Below are positions 38,700-48,199 of a stretch of 64,000 bases of DNA, piece after piece (within the stretch, counting starts at the first letter, position 1; each line of letters opens with the position of its first letter). Source of the DNA: Candidatus Shapirobacteria bacterium. GTDB taxonomy: Bacteria; Patescibacteriota; Microgenomatia; UBA12405. Both the position numbers and the translations under genes were made by a program. The DNA lies in contig JACPHO010000001.1 of assembly GCA_016188545.1 (NCBI GenBank), positions 14,249-78,248 on the forward strand. Reading direction: 5' to 3'. A model generated the notes under the pieces. The model worked only from the letters and a program-made list of their open reading frames with translations, searched no databases and was not told where the DNA came from.

Positions 38700-39449
38700 T
38701 TGTTAAAATCCATCGACCAAACAACTATGGCAGATATTCAAACCAATCCTAATCTAGACCTTCAAAAATTACCCAAGCACGTCGCGGTCATTATGGATGG
38801 AAACCGTCGCTGGGCTAAAAGTCGGGGTATGGGTTCAACCGAAGGCCATCGTCAGGCTGCTCTAAATACTATTGAACCAATTATCGAAAGATGCGGCGAA
38901 CTGGGTATTAAATACGTTACCTTCTGGGCATTCTCCACCGAAAATTGGAAAAGAGACGAAGAAGAATTAAAAGGCTTATTTGATGTTTTTCGTCTTGGAT
39001 TGGCCTCACTGGCCGCTCGTTTTATCCAAAAAGGAGCCAATCTGCGTATTTTAGGTGACATTAACCGATTTCCTGCGGACATCGCCAAAAAGACTTTGGA
39101 AATGATGAGTCAGTCTAAAAAGAACGATAAAATATTTGTCACTTTTGCCCTCAACTATGGCGGCCGCGATGAGATCCTCCGAGCAGTTAAAAAAATTGTC
39201 AATGAAAAGCTCCTCTCTGACTCCATCACTGACGAAGTGTTTTCTTTACACCTAGACACCGCTGGCATCCCTGACCCTGACCTTATCATCCGCACCGGTG
39301 GTGAGCAAAGACTATCCGGTTATCTCCCGTGGCAGTCAGTTTACGCGGAACTTTATTTTGTATCCACACTTTTTCCAGACTTCAGTCCAGTTGAGTTTGA
39401 AAAAGCACTATTTTGGTATCAGCAGCGCGACCGCCGTCTCGGCAAATAA
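38700..39449 (+). CDS. uppS: undecaprenyl diphosphate synthase
   Basis: 249 aa; HVAVIMDGNRRWA, FSTENWKR, RTGGEQRLSGYLPWQS. Confidence 0.85.
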   Translation: MLKSIDQTTMADIQTNPNLDLQKLPKHVAVIMDGNRRWAKSRGMGSTEGHRQAALNTIEPIIERCGELGIKYVTFWAFSTENWKRDEEELKGLFDVFRLGLASLAARFIQKGANLRILGDINRFPADIAKKTLEMMSQSKKNDKIFVTFALNYGGRDEILRAVKKIVNEKLLSDSITDEVFSLHLDTAGIPDPDLIIRTGGEQRLSGYLPWQSVYAELYFVSTLFPDFSPVEFEKALFWYQQRDRRLGK

Positions 39450-39452
39450 AAT

Positions 39453-39779
39453 CTAGTTCTTATTTGTAAATCTAACACCCGGTACATTAGCACATTGTAA
39501 CTGATTAAACACTTTTAAATTTTCATCTCTGGTTGTTAATACCGTCTTCCCCCGATTTAAAGTTACTACAACACCTCTTATCGCAACATCATCAACCAAA
39601 ATTGTTACTGGATTAAGTGAATTTCCAAATTCCAACATCACAGTTCCTTTGGTACTTGCTGTCAAGTCTCTCACAACATTGTAAAGTGATGGTTCGCCGT
39701 CAACAATATCAACCTCCAGACTACCTCCAACAACTCTCCTATTTAATAAAACATTTTCTATCAATATGTTTTTCTGCAT
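39453..39779 (-). CDS. hypothetical protein
   Basis: 108-aa ORF. Confidence 0.3.
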   Translation of the reverse strand: MQKNILIENVLLNRRVVGGSLEVDIVDGEPSLYNVVRDLTASTKGTVMLEFGNSLNPVTILVDDVAIRGVVVTLNRGKTVLTTRDENLKVFNQLQCANVPGVRFTNKN

Positions 39780-39791
39780 ATGTCAAATGTC

Positions 39792-40073
39792 CTACAAAAA
39801 CTTCACCCCAAATACCACTTGCACCAGCTGGGCAACAAAGTAAGCAATGAAAATTATGATAAATCCGATAATTCCCGCCGAGATTTTACCGTATCCTGAC
39901 TTTGATTTTGCTGGGTCACCACCAGCAGTCATCAATCCAATCCCTCCAGAAATAATCATTAAAAGCATTGCCAGTCCAGCAATGACATATACATAAGGCA
40001 ATGCCGCGTTCACCACCGACCCTAAGTTGGGAAACTTGTTACTAACTGCATCTTTCGGAAGAGTTATTGCCAT
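39792..40073 (-). CDS. small two-TM protein, T4SS-pilin-like (TrbC/VirB2-like family common in CPR)
   Basis: 93 aa; two hydrophobic helices separated by TAGGDPAKSKSG. Confidence 0.4.
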   Translation of the reverse strand: MAITLPKDAVSNKFPNLGSVVNAALPYVYVIAGLAMLLMIISGGIGLMTAGGDPAKSKSGYGKISAGIIGFIIIFIAYFVAQLVQVVFGVKFL

Positions 40074-40074
40074 A

Positions 40075-40482
40075 TTAGTTAATTCCTGGAATTTTTAATA
40101 TCCCCACAGCAATTAGTCGCAGGAGGAACAGTGCAAATATCGAAAGAAGTAATCCAGTTATTGCTGAGGTAATTGTTTCCTGAGCTCCAGCCACTTTTTT
40201 TGGATCACCACTGGAAGTGGTTAACAGAATAAATCCATAAACCATTAATAAGAAAGCAATTCCTCCGGAAATGCCAAACATAAACGGCAATAGCCAGGCC
40301 ACAAAGGCATCTATTTTTACCGGCACACAACCAAATGCAGTGTCTACTTTTGGATCATTTCCTGTTTGGCAAAATGCTTTACTGGCGGCAGCCTGGACAG
40401 GACTTACACAATTCGCCATCAAAACCATCACAAATAACAGTACTTTCGCCAATTTCCCTAAATGCATACCCAAGTATAACAT
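40075..40482 (-). CDS. small two-TM protein, T4SS-pilin-like, with signal peptide
   Basis: 135 aa; signal peptide then two TM helices with TSSGDPKKVAG between them; paralogous to the adjacent gene. Confidence 0.4.
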   Translation of the reverse strand: MLYLGMHLGKLAKVLLFVMVLMANCVSPVQAAASKAFCQTGNDPKVDTAFGCVPVKIDAFVAWLLPFMFGISGGIAFLLMVYGFILLTTSSGDPKKVAGAQETITSAITGLLLSIFALFLLRLIAVGILKIPGIN

Positions 40483-42238
40483 GACCTATTCAATGCTAAA
40501 ATTATTAGTGGTCCACAAATTTATATTTATTTTTACTCTTTACTCTTTACTTTTTACTTTTGTTGGCAGAGTATTTGCCGACGAGGTCGATGATTGTATC
40601 AAAAATAATCCCGGTAATCAGGACCCATGTATTTCCCTTATTAGCAAAAAAATAACCGACCTCCAAAATGCTATTAACCCACTTCAAAAAGAGTCCACCG
40701 GACTCCAATCCAAGATCACCTCCGCTAAAGTAACTATTGCCAACATGGAGAAACAAATTGTGACATTGGGTGAAAAGCTGATCAACAAAGAAACCAACTT
40801 AGAAGTCCAAAAGACCTTGTTGTATGAGCGGGTTCGCCAGTACTATATCAACAGTCGAAAATACAACCCTCTTCTGGTCTTTTTCTCCAGCCATGAATCC
40901 ACTTCTCTTTTGCGGTCTTACTCGTGGTACCAGGCGGTTATTAATCAGGATAAAAATACTATCACCACCTATGTTTCCGATATTTCCAGCTTAAATCAAA
41001 ACAAAACAAAACTAGAAAGTGAAAAAACTAAATTAGCTTCACTCAAAAAAACCTTCGAATCTCGAATCACTTTTCTTGGCGGAGAAATTAAAAAAGCCGA
41101 AGCGTATAAAGCTGACCTAAGTAAACGCCAACAGTCCTTAATTGCTGAAAAAAACGCTCTCTTTTCAACTAGTGTCGGAGATGTCAGTAGTAGTGACGAT
41201 CCTGCCTCACGCTCGGACTACAACCCTGGCTTCTCACCAGCCTTTGCTGTCTTTTCCTTCGGAGCCCCGCACCGCAACGGTATGAGCCAATACGGCGCTT
41301 TCGGTCGGGCCAAAGCCGGGCAAAACTACGAAACAATCCTCAAAGTCTACTATGGTGACATTCGTGTCGAAAAAATCGACACCGGTAGTTCCATCAAAAC
41401 TGATGTTGGTACTTTGCCTTTTGAGGACAACTATTTAGTTGGAATTGCCGAAATGCCGGCCAAATGGGGTGATGAGGGTGGTTATGAGGCTCTCAAAGCA
41501 CAGGCTATTGCTGCTCGAACCTATGCTCTTAGTCGCACTGAAAACTTGAACAAACAAATTTGTGTTACTGAAGCCTGTCAGGTCTATAGTAAATCACGTC
41601 TTAATTCTCCCGGTCGTTGGCGTCAGGCTGTTGCTGATACTCGGGGTATGGTTGTCAAAAGTAACAAAACTGGCCAAATTTTCTCTACCAAATACGCCTC
41701 CACCTCTGGTGGCTCAATTCTTTCCTATTCCTCCTCAGGTCACTCAACGCCTATGTTGTGGGACACCACCTGTGGTAATCAATCTTGCTGGCCTAGTAGC
41801 TCTTATGAAAAGTCGGCTGGGTCTGCTTGGTATTACAAAGGTTGGTACAAATCGCGCACCGGATCCGCTTACGGGCGTTCTCACCCTTGGTTAAACAACG
41901 AAGAGTTTAGTGACATCGTCAACGCTGTTTTATATTTCACCAAAACTCAAGACCAAAGTCACCTTTCTCAGAACCAAAACTGTATTAGTGGTTGCGATCC
42001 GGACTCATGGTCGAGAGATGAATTAAAACGTCAGGTCTCTGATAAAGGTGGTCCGGTAACACGAGTTAATTCAGTTAGCGTCGACTATTCCACAGGTGGC
42101 TATACTAAGACCGTCCGTGTCGGTACTGATAAGGGTGACTTGGTTTTTGATGGGGGAGACTTCCGCGACATTTTTACCCTCCGCGCCCCTGGCGCTCTTA
42201 CCGCCAAATCCGGGTTATTCAATATCGAGAAAAAATAG
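40481..42238 (+). CDS. SpoIID/LytB-domain protein with N-terminal signal peptide and coiled coil
   Basis: Start placed at the internal Met (MTYSMLKLLVV); coiled-coil region; C-terminal SpoIID/LytB motifs GMSQYGAFGRAKAG, YLVGIAEMPAKWGDEGGYEALKAQAIAARTYAL. Confidence 0.7.
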   Translation: MTYSMLKLLVVHKFIFIFTLYSLLFTFVGRVFADEVDDCIKNNPGNQDPCISLISKKITDLQNAINPLQKESTGLQSKITSAKVTIANMEKQIVTLGEKLINKETNLEVQKTLLYERVRQYYINSRKYNPLLVFFSSHESTSLLRSYSWYQAVINQDKNTITTYVSDISSLNQNKTKLESEKTKLASLKKTFESRITFLGGEIKKAEAYKADLSKRQQSLIAEKNALFSTSVGDVSSSDDPASRSDYNPGFSPAFAVFSFGAPHRNGMSQYGAFGRAKAGQNYETILKVYYGDIRVEKIDTGSSIKTDVGTLPFEDNYLVGIAEMPAKWGDEGGYEALKAQAIAARTYALSRTENLNKQICVTEACQVYSKSRLNSPGRWRQAVADTRGMVVKSNKTGQIFSTKYASTSGGSILSYSSSGHSTPMLWDTTCGNQSCWPSSSYEKSAGSAWYYKGWYKSRTGSAYGRSHPWLNNEEFSDIVNAVLYFTKTQDQSHLSQNQNCISGCDPDSWSRDELKRQVSDKGGPVTRVNSVSVDYSTGGYTKTVRVGTDKGDLVFDGGDFRDIFTLRAPGALTAKSGLFNIEKK

Positions 42239-42957
42239 TGCCCGACTTTACTGCCGAAAATTATCCAAAAAGCTTCGGTACTGTTGACTCTCACAACTTT
42301 CGACTCAAAAGTTATCTCGACCTATCAAATCGTCAGTTGTACTTTGTCGACAAAAAATTTTGGGATTTCATCAACCTTACCGCCCACCAAATAATCCCTA
42401 TTACTGTATACAAAAACTATCAATACCTCGCCCACGGCTGGGAATGGTCAGTGTTTCGTGATGGAAATTCTGTTATCAAAATACCCTCAGGTAAATTTAT
42501 TGAAGTAAATGACCCAAAGTATCTCGACAATACCAAAACAGCCTATGGTCTAATTTGCCAATATTTCCCATCAAAATTTATTGCCCAAACTACTTTTGAA
42601 AGAAACCAAGGTCTAAATATCATCACTCAAGAGTATATTTCCGGCAAGTCAAATTTCAAAATTGGCTACCACTCTCAAAACAAACTATTACTTCGCAACC
42701 TCCAAAAACTACTTGAATCAATGCTTGCTTTACTAAGGGCGCACAATTGGCTTCCCGACTTCGACATTCATCGTGACCACGGCGGTTTTGTGTTACGAAA
42801 CATCATTTTTACCAAATATCATTGTCCCAAAATCGTCGACTTCACCGCCTATTACGATGTTTATCGGCTTTACCCCTACCGTCAGCAAAAAGAAATACTA
42901 TCCAAGCGCCGTCAAATCAAAGACTTTCTCAGCTGGATCAAACAAAAAAATGGCTAA
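42238..42957 (+). CDS. protein-kinase-like fold phosphotransferase (putative)
   Basis: 239 aa; DIHRDHGGFVLRNIIF...IVDF resembles HxD...N catalytic loop plus DFG-like motif. Confidence 0.35.
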   Translation: MPDFTAENYPKSFGTVDSHNFRLKSYLDLSNRQLYFVDKKFWDFINLTAHQIIPITVYKNYQYLAHGWEWSVFRDGNSVIKIPSGKFIEVNDPKYLDNTKTAYGLICQYFPSKFIAQTTFERNQGLNIITQEYISGKSNFKIGYHSQNKLLLRNLQKLLESMLALLRAHNWLPDFDIHRDHGGFVLRNIIFTKYHCPKIVDFTAYYDVYRLYPYRQQKEILSKRRQIKDFLSWIKQKNG

Positions 42958-43471
42958 TTCAATCCTCATCTATGCCTTTAGCAACCAATGGGCCACCAAT
43001 ATCTCCCGACGTGTCTTATCAGAACTCCAAAATAACCTAAAATCATCTGACATTACCTTCCTCCCCATCCACTATCATCCCAAAAGCTTTTTCAAAAAAC
43101 ATATTGAATTCAATAATTATTCCTTAATTATCGGTCTGGGGGATTTCTTCGGTAAAACAGACAAAATTAGATTGGAAACAATCACTCACAACGTCTATGG
43201 TGAAAATTCAATCTATCCGTTTTCCCCAATCAATTTAGAAATATCCCTCCCTCCTCTTGACTGTCTTGACACCCGTATTTTTACAGTTGGTGAGCATATG
43301 GGCAAATACAATTGCAATTGGTTAGCCTATTCAACCGAGCTCTACATCCAGCAATATTCTCCCAACACCAGACAACTATTTTTTCACCTCCCCAAAACCC
43401 AAAAAGCCACCATTCTGGCAAATCAAATTATTACAATGTTCAAAAATAATAGTATTTTGCCCTATTCATAA
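42950..43471 (+). CDS. hypothetical protein
   Basis: The annotated ORF 42773-43471 overlaps the previous gene out of frame; a more plausible start is the Met at ~42950 (MANSILIYAF...). Confidence 0.35.
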   Translation: MANSILIYAFSNQWATNISRRVLSELQNNLKSSDITFLPIHYHPKSFFKKHIEFNNYSLIIGLGDFFGKTDKIRLETITHNVYGENSIYPFSPINLEISLPPLDCLDTRIFTVGEHMGKYNCNWLAYSTELYIQQYSPNTRQLFFHLPKTQKATILANQIITMFKNNSILPYS

Positions 43472-43476
43472 ATCAT
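43465..43476 (+). promoter_or_regulatory. TTCATAAATCAT motif instance (promoter-like), upstream of 43511
   Basis: exact 12-mer; TATAAT at 43500-43505, 5 nt before the ATG. Confidence 0.3.
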
Positions 43477-43510
43477 ATGTCATAAAACTTAAATCATTGT
43501 ATAATTCACT

Positions 43511-44254
43511 ATGCCTCGAGTTTCTGATGTTGATACTATTGCCCCAGATGATCAAATAACTTCAACCCCTACTCCATCTCCAGTAAAAAAATCTGTGACC
43601 CTCAAAAAAGATAAGAAAGTCACTAAAACTCCAGAAGTTGTCACCTCCTTACCAACTACACCTAATACAAATCCTTTGGTTGAAAGTGTCTACAAAATTC
43701 TGGGCCACACCCGCCACCCTTTTTCTTCAACCCTAATCCATCCCCATGTTTTTGACTTTCAGGAAAGGGACGACGACGAAATTGTCCTAGTTGTCGCTCG
43801 ACAACATTGGTTCACCAACGTCAGGTGGATACTTATCAGCTTATTCATGGTTTTATTCCCTTCACTCTTTCGTTTTGTTCCTACTTTACTCGAAATCCCC
43901 GGTACCTATCTTTTTGTGGGGTATTTGTTTTGGTATCTCATTACATTTGCTTTTGCCTTCGAAAGTTTTCTCTCTTGGTATTTTAATGTTTATATCATTA
44001 CTTCCAAAAGAGTTATCGATATCGACTTTAACAATCTATTAACCAAAAAATATTCTGAAGCTACTATCGATGCCATCCAAGATGTTACTTCTACAGTCAT
44101 TGGTGCAATCCCCACAGTGTTCAACTATGGCAACGTCCTTATTCAAACCGCCTCAGAAGTCAACGAGCTCGAGTTCGGCAGAGTAGCCAATCCTGAAAAA
44201 ATTATCAAAGTCCTTCAGGAAGTTCGTGACCAATACAAAGGAGGTCAAATCTAA
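43511..44254 (+). CDS. bacterial PH-like (bPH_2/YdbT-like) membrane protein
   Basis: 247 aa; P/T-rich N-terminus, two TM helices then PH-like domain (IVLVVARQHWF...). Confidence 0.5.
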   Translation: MPRVSDVDTIAPDDQITSTPTPSPVKKSVTLKKDKKVTKTPEVVTSLPTTPNTNPLVESVYKILGHTRHPFSSTLIHPHVFDFQERDDDEIVLVVARQHWFTNVRWILISLFMVLFPSLFRFVPTLLEIPGTYLFVGYLFWYLITFAFAFESFLSWYFNVYIITSKRVIDIDFNNLLTKKYSEATIDAIQDVTSTVIGAIPTVFNYGNVLIQTASEVNELEFGRVANPEKIIKVLQEVRDQYKGGQI

Positions 44255-44472
44255 TGTTTCCCCAAATCAACACCTACATGCTCCTGGTTCAAAAATTTTC
44301 TTTTGTTCTCGGATCAATTCTTTATCTACTTTTCGCCTTTATTGTAGTCAAGCAAACCACCATGATGAGCAAAAATGTCAGCGATAAGTTCAACACCGTA
44401 CTAATAACATTTGCCTACCTTCACGCTGCATTTGCCATATTTCTTGTTTTTCTCACTCTTACTATCTTATAG
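44254..44472 (+). CDS. small membrane protein
   Basis: 72 aa; two TM helices. Confidence 0.3.
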   Translation: MFPQINTYMLLVQKFSFVLGSILYLLFAFIVVKQTTMMSKNVSDKFNTVLITFAYLHAAFAIFLVFLTLTIL

Positions 44473-44814
44473 TCTGGGTGCCATTACTGTTCCAGTCTTG
44501 CTTATTCTTATTGTGACACTTTCATTTTGGACACTTTTAATTGCACTGTTAACACACCAACCATCGTCACCTTTTTCGCCAAGGTAGGCCCCCATGAAAG
44601 TTACTCTGTCTCCTTTTTTTACATAAAGCTCAGCCAAACTTGGGCTAGCTGTCACTGGTATAACGACAACATCATAACTCGCACTTCTACCCTCCTCGCT
44701 ATTTGATGCGACATGAATATTTTTGGCATTACGTAATGTTGCGTTAATTTTTTCCAGAGCATTTTCAGCAGCAACAATCTGTTGCTTATCCATTGCGCCT
44801 CTATGGTTTTTCAA
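44467..44814 (-). CDS. hypothetical protein
   Basis: 115-aa ORF. Confidence 0.3.
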   Translation of the reverse strand: MKNHRGAMDKQQIVAAENALEKINATLRNAKNIHVASNSEEGRSASYDVVVIPVTASPSLAELYVKKGDRVTFMGAYLGEKGDDGWCVNSAIKSVQNESVTIRISKTGTVMAPRL

Positions 44815-44953
44815 GTCGTTTTCAATGCAACTAGAATGAATTATGATATTTATATCTCGTCCAGTTATATCCTATATTATACAATAAGTTGACTATAAAA
44901 TCAATGTTACCTATTAAATTTGTAATCTAAAAAATTCAGTTTACACTTAATTA

Positions 44954-45298
44954 ATGAAGATTTCTCGTTTTGAAGAAATTTTAGTCTGGCAAAAAACCAA
45001 GCCATTTATTGTCGAAATCTACAAATCATTTTTAAATGTCGGCGACTATTCATTCAGAGACCAGGTACTTCGTGCCAGTGTTTCAATTATGAATAATATT
45101 GCCGAAGGTTTTGAAAGAGGCTCCAATCCTGACTTCAAAAAGTTTCTTTACATTTCCAAAGGATCAGCCGGTGAGGTCCGCTCCATGCTCTATCTTGCAC
45201 TGGACTTATCATATATTACCCAAGAAAAATCCGCTAAACTTATACAAGAGACAGAAGAGATCTCAAAAATGTTATCTGGCTTAATTAAAGTACTTTAA
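44954..45298 (+). CDS. four-helix-bundle protein (23S rRNA intervening-sequence protein family)
   Basis: 114 aa; ...SIMNNIAEGFERGS...FLYISKGSAGEV... typical of PF05635/TIGR02436. Confidence 0.65.
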   Translation: MKISRFEEILVWQKTKPFIVEIYKSFLNVGDYSFRDQVLRASVSIMNNIAEGFERGSNPDFKKFLYISKGSAGEVRSMLYLALDLSYITQEKSAKLIQETEEISKMLSGLIKVL

Positions 45299-45355
45299 TA
45301 CTAACTTTATGAACCTTACAAACTTTATAAACTTTTTAACTTTATAAACTCAATT

Positions 45356-47206
45356 ATGCACTTCATTTGTCGATCTTTTCTGGGCCATACCGAAGAAAAC
45401 TCATGGTCCCAATATTGGGAGAATGAACCAGATGATCGACAGTTGGTTTTAGAGAAAGGACACTTATTTGCCCTAGTAAATATTGTTTCTGATCAAGATA
45501 GCTCAACTAGTGACCTGGGACACCGGCTTATTGAAGAGATTAATGGACAATATTTTTCTTCAACTGGTACCACGATACCTATCTCACTGAAAAGTACAGT
45601 CGAATCGGTAGTCGCCAGTACCCAAAACGAATTGGTCGACATCTCCCTCACAGTAGCTATAGTTCACCGTTCTCAGCTATATATTGCCATGTACAATTCC
45701 GGCTATGGGTTTTTAGTTAGGGGTAAAAGTATTTCAAAAGTAATTAGTGGTAAAACCGGTGAAGTAACCATGATCTCTGGTAAGGTGCTATCAAACGATT
45801 TGCTGTTTGTTTGCACATCAGGTTTTTATGACAATCTATCTCCAGAAAAGTTAAAATCGTTTTTATCTTATTCGACAATTCAGGAAATCGAAGAAAGCTT
45901 TTTATCTGAACTTTACACCCTTTCGCAACAACACACTCTTGCCGGACTTCTGATAGGAGTTTACGAAGAAGACCAACGTCTTCCCCTAATGTCCGAGCCA
46001 AAATCAGTTCCCAGAGAAATACACGAGGTAGAAACAGTTACACTTCCTTCCGAAGAAGTGTCAGCTCCCGGACAACCATCTGTTTATATTACATCTCATG
46101 ATTCATCAGGAATCAAAAAACGTCGCCGGTTAAATATAGCTATTGGGTTAATTATCCTGATTGCCTTATCCATCAGTATTTTTTTTGGTTCAAAACGCAA
46201 CCAAGAAGCCAAAATAGAGTCAGAATATCAGTCACTCAAAACTCAGTATCTCGCCAAAATCGACAACGCCAAAGCCGTTAAAAACATCAATCTAACCGAG
46301 TCCCAAAATCTCGCCAAAAACGCCAAAGACATCGCATCCAAGATGCATGATCTAAAAATTCATGAGGAAGAAGTAAAGCAACTAATTGCATCTACTGATG
46401 AAATTCTTTCTCAAACTGGCTCAGCTGATAGTTACCAGCCACAACGTTTTTACGACACTACTCTTATAAACTCAGAAGCTCAGTATTCTCAACTTATCAT
46501 CCAAAAGAATAACCTTTTCCTCTTAGACACATCCAACGGTCATGTAGACAAGCTCGACGTTTCCTCTAAGAGCCAACAAAAAATCGTCTACAATGATGCT
46601 CTCAAAAACACAATAAGCTTCAGTGAAAACAACGGTCAATTATATTTTCTTACCGACAAAAAGATCCAATCTTTTAATGGTGTCTCGCTTACGTCTGTAC
46701 TTACCATTACTGATGGTGTCAAAGATTTTGAGTGGGGCAAGATCGCCATGTGGAATGGAAGTCTGTATTTAATGGGTAAAACTCCTACCTCAACCAGCAT
46801 TTGGAAATACACCCCCTCGGGGAATTCCTTTGGTTCAGTCACAGAATGGGTCAAAAAACCCTCCGAGTTTCCCTCTAACGCCTCCTTCTTTGCTATCAAC
46901 GGCCAGGTCTGGGTTATTACCAAAGATGGCAGCATAGTTCCATATAATCGTGGTGAAAAAGGCCAGTTTAAGTCCCAAATTACTAGCAGCCTCTCAGCTG
47001 CTAACAACTTAGTTACTGCACTCAGCTCCGAAACTCTGGCTTTTACCGAAAAAGACAACTTCGTCTATGTCTATCGTAAGGACGGTTCTACTGCCTCGAG
47101 TTACAACTTTGGTGATCGTCATGTTCTTAGTATTGCTCTTGACTCTACTGCTAATCGATTATTCGTGCTCTGTGGTGATAAAAAAATCTATCAAATTAAG
47201 TTATGA
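45356..47206 (+). CDS. large hypothetical protein (N-terminal cytoplasmic domain, single TM, coiled coil, C-terminal beta-rich domain)
   Basis: 616 aa; TM around LIILIALSISIFF. Confidence 0.4.
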   Translation: MHFICRSFLGHTEENSWSQYWENEPDDRQLVLEKGHLFALVNIVSDQDSSTSDLGHRLIEEINGQYFSSTGTTIPISLKSTVESVVASTQNELVDISLTVAIVHRSQLYIAMYNSGYGFLVRGKSISKVISGKTGEVTMISGKVLSNDLLFVCTSGFYDNLSPEKLKSFLSYSTIQEIEESFLSELYTLSQQHTLAGLLIGVYEEDQRLPLMSEPKSVPREIHEVETVTLPSEEVSAPGQPSVYITSHDSSGIKKRRRLNIAIGLIILIALSISIFFGSKRNQEAKIESEYQSLKTQYLAKIDNAKAVKNINLTESQNLAKNAKDIASKMHDLKIHEEEVKQLIASTDEILSQTGSADSYQPQRFYDTTLINSEAQYSQLIIQKNNLFLLDTSNGHVDKLDVSSKSQQKIVYNDALKNTISFSENNGQLYFLTDKKIQSFNGVSLTSVLTITDGVKDFEWGKIAMWNGSLYLMGKTPTSTSIWKYTPSGNSFGSVTEWVKKPSEFPSNASFFAINGQVWVITKDGSIVPYNRGEKGQFKSQITSSLSAANNLVTALSSETLAFTEKDNFVYVYRKDGSTASSYNFGDRHVLSIALDSTANRLFVLCGDKKIYQIKL

Positions 47207-47250
47207 GATAATCACATAGTTTTGTCTTATTCATACTTCTTAAATCATAT

Positions 47251-47261
47251 TTCATAAATCA
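47251..47261 (+). promoter_or_regulatory. TTCATAAATCA motif instance immediately upstream of smpB start
   Basis: ttcatacttcttaaatcatatTTCATAAATCAatATG; upstream TTCATA plus 17 nt plus cATAAAT gives a -35/-10-like geometry with the ATG 4 nt after. Confidence 0.3.
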
Positions 47262-47263
47262 AT

Positions 47264-47668
47264 ATGAAATTCTTCAATCGAGACTCCTTAGACTACGAAT
47301 TCAAAGACACTTTCGTTGCCGGTCTCGTCCTTACTGGTTCAGATGCCAAATCACTGCGCACTCAAGGTGTCCAATTCAACGGATCAAAAATAGAGATAAT
47401 TAACGGCATACCCACTGTCTTTAACCTTACTATTGAACCCTATAAGTTTGCCCAGTCACAGGAAGTCGATAAAACCAAGGAGCGTAAAATACTCCTTTCA
47501 AGTAAAGAAATAGCCAAGCTCCAAAGTCTTCGTAATCAAAAATATATGATCATCCCTGTCAGTATTTTTCTCAAACACAACTGGTTCAAGATGGAAATCG
47601 GCGTCGGCCGCAAGCTCCGCAAGTTTGAAAAAAGGGACAAACTCAAGAAAAAAGAACAAATGATATAA
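47264..47668 (+). CDS. smpB: SsrA-binding protein SmpB
   Basis: 134 aa; AGLVLTG.D.KSLR, ERKILL..KEI.KL, NWFKMEIGVGRKLRKFEKRD match SmpB throughout. Confidence 0.8.
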   Translation: MKFFNRDSLDYEFKDTFVAGLVLTGSDAKSLRTQGVQFNGSKIEIINGIPTVFNLTIEPYKFAQSQEVDKTKERKILLSSKEIAKLQSLRNQKYMIIPVSIFLKHNWFKMEIGVGRKLRKFEKRDKLKKKEQMI

Positions 47669-47674
47669 TAGGCT

Positions 47675-47908
47675 ATGGCTAACAAAAACACCCAAGGCTC
47701 AATTGAATTAGTACTGCCGAAAGATACCGTAGAGGCAATCAAAGCTTATGCAGAATTTGTTCAACCAAGAATTACATTCGAACAAGCCGTTTCACACTTT
47801 ATTAGTGTTGGTATGGACGTTGAATTGTTAGTCAGAAGCACTCCGGGAATTACTCTCGATACTAGATATGCAAAGAAGGTTTCTGCTACCAAAAAAGGTA
47901 AAAAATAG
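47675..47908 (+). CDS. small hypothetical protein
   Basis: 77-aa ORF. Confidence 0.3.
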   Translation: MANKNTQGSIELVLPKDTVEAIKAYAEFVQPRITFEQAVSHFISVGMDVELLVRSTPGITLDTRYAKKVSATKKGKK

Positions 47909-47910
47909 TT

Positions 47911-48156
47911 TTATTCTTCAAAATGTTTCTTGGCAAATGCAATTCCTGATCCGGTTTTTAAATATTTCTCAAACTTAAAAGCAACCTCTTTATTTCTAAA
48001 ACAATGATATTGCCACAAAATCACTGGCAATCTTGATTTGGTATTTTTTACGTTACCATCCGTATGTTCCTTAAATCTATTTTTAAGGTTATCTGTACAC
48101 CCTACATAAAAACCATTATCCGCACACTTTAAAACATATACGATTTGCGCCACCAC
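47911..48156 (-). CDS. GIY-YIG nuclease domain protein (small stand-alone), second copy
   Basis: 81 aa; IVYVLKC..NGFYVGCTDNLKNRFKEH. Confidence 0.7.
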   Translation of the reverse strand: MVAQIVYVLKCADNGFYVGCTDNLKNRFKEHTDGNVKNTKSRLPVILWQYHCFRNKEVAFKFEKYLKTGSGIAFAKKHFEE

Positions 48157-48199
48157 AAAATAATACGCTAGTTTTATAGAAAGTAAAATATATTACAAG

